From an uncultured Agathobaculum sp. (GTDB lineage Bacteria > Bacillota > Clostridia > Oscillospirales > Butyricicoccaceae): a stretch of 64,000 nucleotides of DNA. How positions within the stretch are numbered: the stretch's first letter is position 1; every line of letters starts with the position of its first letter. Shown here in pieces: positions 61,915 through 64,000 of this stretch. The position numbers and the translations under genes were made by a program. The notes below the pieces were generated by a model. The model made no database searches, was not told the DNA's origin, and was given only the letters and a program-made list of their open reading frames with translations. The stretch covers positions 33,189 to 97,188 of the forward strand of contig CALWUJ010000004.1 in NCBI GenBank assembly GCA_944384725.1, in the 5' to 3' direction.

Positions 61915-62173
61915 CAAAAGGCGATGACGGAAATCCCACAGATACCCACAAGCACTTGTCAGAGAGCGAACGACGTGGCTGAAAGCGTTCGCAGGTGTCG
62001 GTACAGTGGCACCGATTCCCGAGCCCTGCGGCGGAAAAGTGTAGTATGCCGCGGCGTTTCGTCCACGTTACGGACTCCAGAGCGGCAAGCCTAGAAGTGG
62101 GCTTGCAAGCAGGGTGGAACCGTGGGTTTAGTATAAGCTCACCCCTGATTGAATGTCGGGGGTGGGCTTTTTT
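61915..62173 (+). ncRNA. T-box riboswitch (Thr, specifier ACC)
   Basis: AGAGA and GCTGAAAG stem I motifs, ACC at 62011-62013, T-box AGGGTGGAACCGTG, terminator 62135-62173. Confidence 0.92.
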
Positions 62174-62208
62174 GTTCTCCCCGCAAAACAAAAAGGAGGA
62201 ACACCATT

Positions 62209-63963
62209 ATGTCCGAAGACAACAAGTACACGTTTGAAAACCCGGAATACCGCGACACTTACCGTCATACGGTATCGCACATTCTTGCACAGGCGGTCAA
62301 GCGCCTGTATCCGGAAGTTAAGCTCGCAATCGGTCCGTCGATCGAAAACGGCTTCTACTATGACTTTGACGCGCCGTTTTCGTTTACGCAGGAAAACCTC
62401 GATGCCCTCGAAGCAGAGATGAAGAAGATCTGCAAGGAAAAGCTGAAACTCGAGCGCTTTGAACTGCCGCGTGCCGAAGCCCGCAAGCTGATGGAGGAAA
62501 AGGAAGAGCCGTATAAGGTGCAGCTGATTGATGACCTGCCGGAGGATGCGACCATTTCGTTCTACAAGCAGGGCGAGTTCACCGATTTGTGCGCTGGTCC
62601 GCATCTGGATTCGACCGGACGGGTTAAGGGCAACGGTATCAAGCTGATGAATGTAACCGGTGCATACTGGCGCGGCGACAGCAAGAACAAGATGCTCCAG
62701 CGCATTTACGGCACGGCTTTCCCGAAGAAGGACGAGTTGGATGAATACCTCAATATGCTGGAGGAAGCAAAGAAGCGCGATCATCGTCGCCTGGGCAAAG
62801 AGCTTGGCCTGTTCATGCTGACTGAGGAAGGCCCCGGTTTCCCGTTCTTCCTCCCGAACGGTATGACGCTTAAGAATACGCTGATCGACTACTGGCGCGA
62901 GGTGCATAAGAAGTACGGCTATGTGGAGGTTTCCACGCCGGTCATTCTGAGCCGTAAGCTGTGGGAGCGCTCGGGTCACTGGGACCACTATAAGAACAAC
63001 ATGTACACCACGGTCATCGACGAAGAGGATTTTGCAATCAAGCCGATGAACTGCCCGGGCGGCATGCTGGTTTACAAGTCTCAGCCGCACTCCTACCGTG
63101 AACTGCCGCTGCGCGTGGGCGAGCTTGGCCTTGTCCATCGTCATGAGCTGTCGGGTGCGCTGCACGGCCTGTTCCGTGTGCGTTGCTTCACGCAGGACGA
63201 TGCACACATCTTTATGACCCCTGAGCAGATGAAGGATGAGATCAAGAATACCGTCAAGCTGTTTGATGAGGTATACTCTGTCTTTGGTTTGAGCTACAAG
63301 ATCGAACTGTCTACCATGCCCGAGGATCACATCGGCACGGTTGAGCAGTGGGAGCACAATCAGGATATCCTGAAGGAAGCTATCACCGAGATGGGCAAGG
63401 ACTATGTGGTCAACGAGGGCGACGGCGCATTCTACGGTCCGAAGCTGGACTTCCATCTGGCCGATTCTCTGGGCCGTACTTGGCAGTGCGGCACAATCCA
63501 GCTGGACTCCCAGCTGCCTGAGCGCTTTGAACTCGAATATATCGGTGCGGACGGCGAAAAGCATCGCCCGATCATGATCCACCGTGTTGTGCTCGGTTCG
63601 ATTGAGCGTTTCATCGGCGTTATTACCGAGCATTTTGCCGGTGCGTTCCCGACGTGGCTTGCGCCTGAGCAGGTGCGCGTCATGCCGATGACCGATCGCA
63701 ACATCCCGTGCTCGCAAGAGGTTGTACGCCAGTTGACCGAGGCAGGCTTCCGTGTGTCTATGGATGACCGCAACGAGAAAATTGGCTATAAGATCCGCGA
63801 AGCGCAGGTGCATAAGGTGCCGTATATGGTCATCATCGGTGACAAGGACGAGGAAAAGGGCATCATTTCGGTGCGCGAGCGTAAGACCGGCGAAACCACG
63901 CAGATGGAGCTGTCTGAGTTTATTGAGAAGCTCAGCTATGAGGTCAAGGAAAAACTGAAATAA
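62209..63963 (+). CDS. thrS: Threonyl-tRNA synthetase
   Basis: HxxxH and DLCAGPH editing motifs, KPMNCP, FYGPKLD, IHR, anticodon-binding domain. Confidence 0.98.
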   Translation: MSEDNKYTFENPEYRDTYRHTVSHILAQAVKRLYPEVKLAIGPSIENGFYYDFDAPFSFTQENLDALEAEMKKICKEKLKLERFELPRAEARKLMEEKEEPYKVQLIDDLPEDATISFYKQGEFTDLCAGPHLDSTGRVKGNGIKLMNVTGAYWRGDSKNKMLQRIYGTAFPKKDELDEYLNMLEEAKKRDHRRLGKELGLFMLTEEGPGFPFFLPNGMTLKNTLIDYWREVHKKYGYVEVSTPVILSRKLWERSGHWDHYKNNMYTTVIDEEDFAIKPMNCPGGMLVYKSQPHSYRELPLRVGELGLVHRHELSGALHGLFRVRCFTQDDAHIFMTPEQMKDEIKNTVKLFDEVYSVFGLSYKIELSTMPEDHIGTVEQWEHNQDILKEAITEMGKDYVVNEGDGAFYGPKLDFHLADSLGRTWQCGTIQLDSQLPERFELEYIGADGEKHRPIMIHRVVLGSIERFIGVITEHFAGAFPTWLAPEQVRVMPMTDRNIPCSQEVVRQLTEAGFRVSMDDRNEKIGYKIREAQVHKVPYMVIIGDKDEEKGIISVRERKTGETTQMELSEFIEKLSYEVKEKLK

Positions 63964-64000
63964 GAAATTGCATTCCGGCAGGGTAGTTCACAGGTTGGCT

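Noticed and set aside
1-64000. CRISPR arrays, IS elements, prophage or defence genes
   Set aside because: No spaced direct repeats, transposase, integrase or phage-like ORFs seen; the inverted repeats are explained as terminators, operators or leaders

Overview
Mostly core-genome window from a spore-forming, gut-type clostridial Firmicute (Oscillospirales/Butyricicoccaceae-like; this is inferred from gene content and protein style, not from a search). In order: trmK-nif3-rqcH; two paralogous SLH-type surface proteins flanking an antisense ldh; nfnAB; a small SH3b gene; a polar amino-acid ABC transporter; stand-alone rpoBC; the L7Ae-rpsL-rpsG-fusA-tuf cluster; recD2; tRNA-Ser(CGA); a trehalose PTS locus (treC/treP/treR); a cyclophilin lipoprotein; a LysR/flavodoxin/CMD-cupin module; a TPP-riboswitch thiamine salvage operon (thiD-thiW-thiM-tenA-thiZXY, no thiE); degV, an M24 peptidase, cls, a thrE pair, padR, pncB; argGHCJBDF; MATE; ycxB; an SLH-serpin fusion; and T-box-controlled thrS. 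I saw no mobile element, prophage or CRISPR array. The best candidates for something undescribed are (1) a structured rpsL-rpsG intergenic RNA that appears to mimic the 16S rRNA S7-binding junction, (2) a cell-wall-anchored serpin with an inhibitory hinge behind an ECF-sigma-type promoter, (3) a small ATC-start gene with a forespore-type promoter after tuf, and (4) an SLH protein with a Met-rich LolA-like domain plus its diverged duplicate. All motif and structure calls were made by eye.
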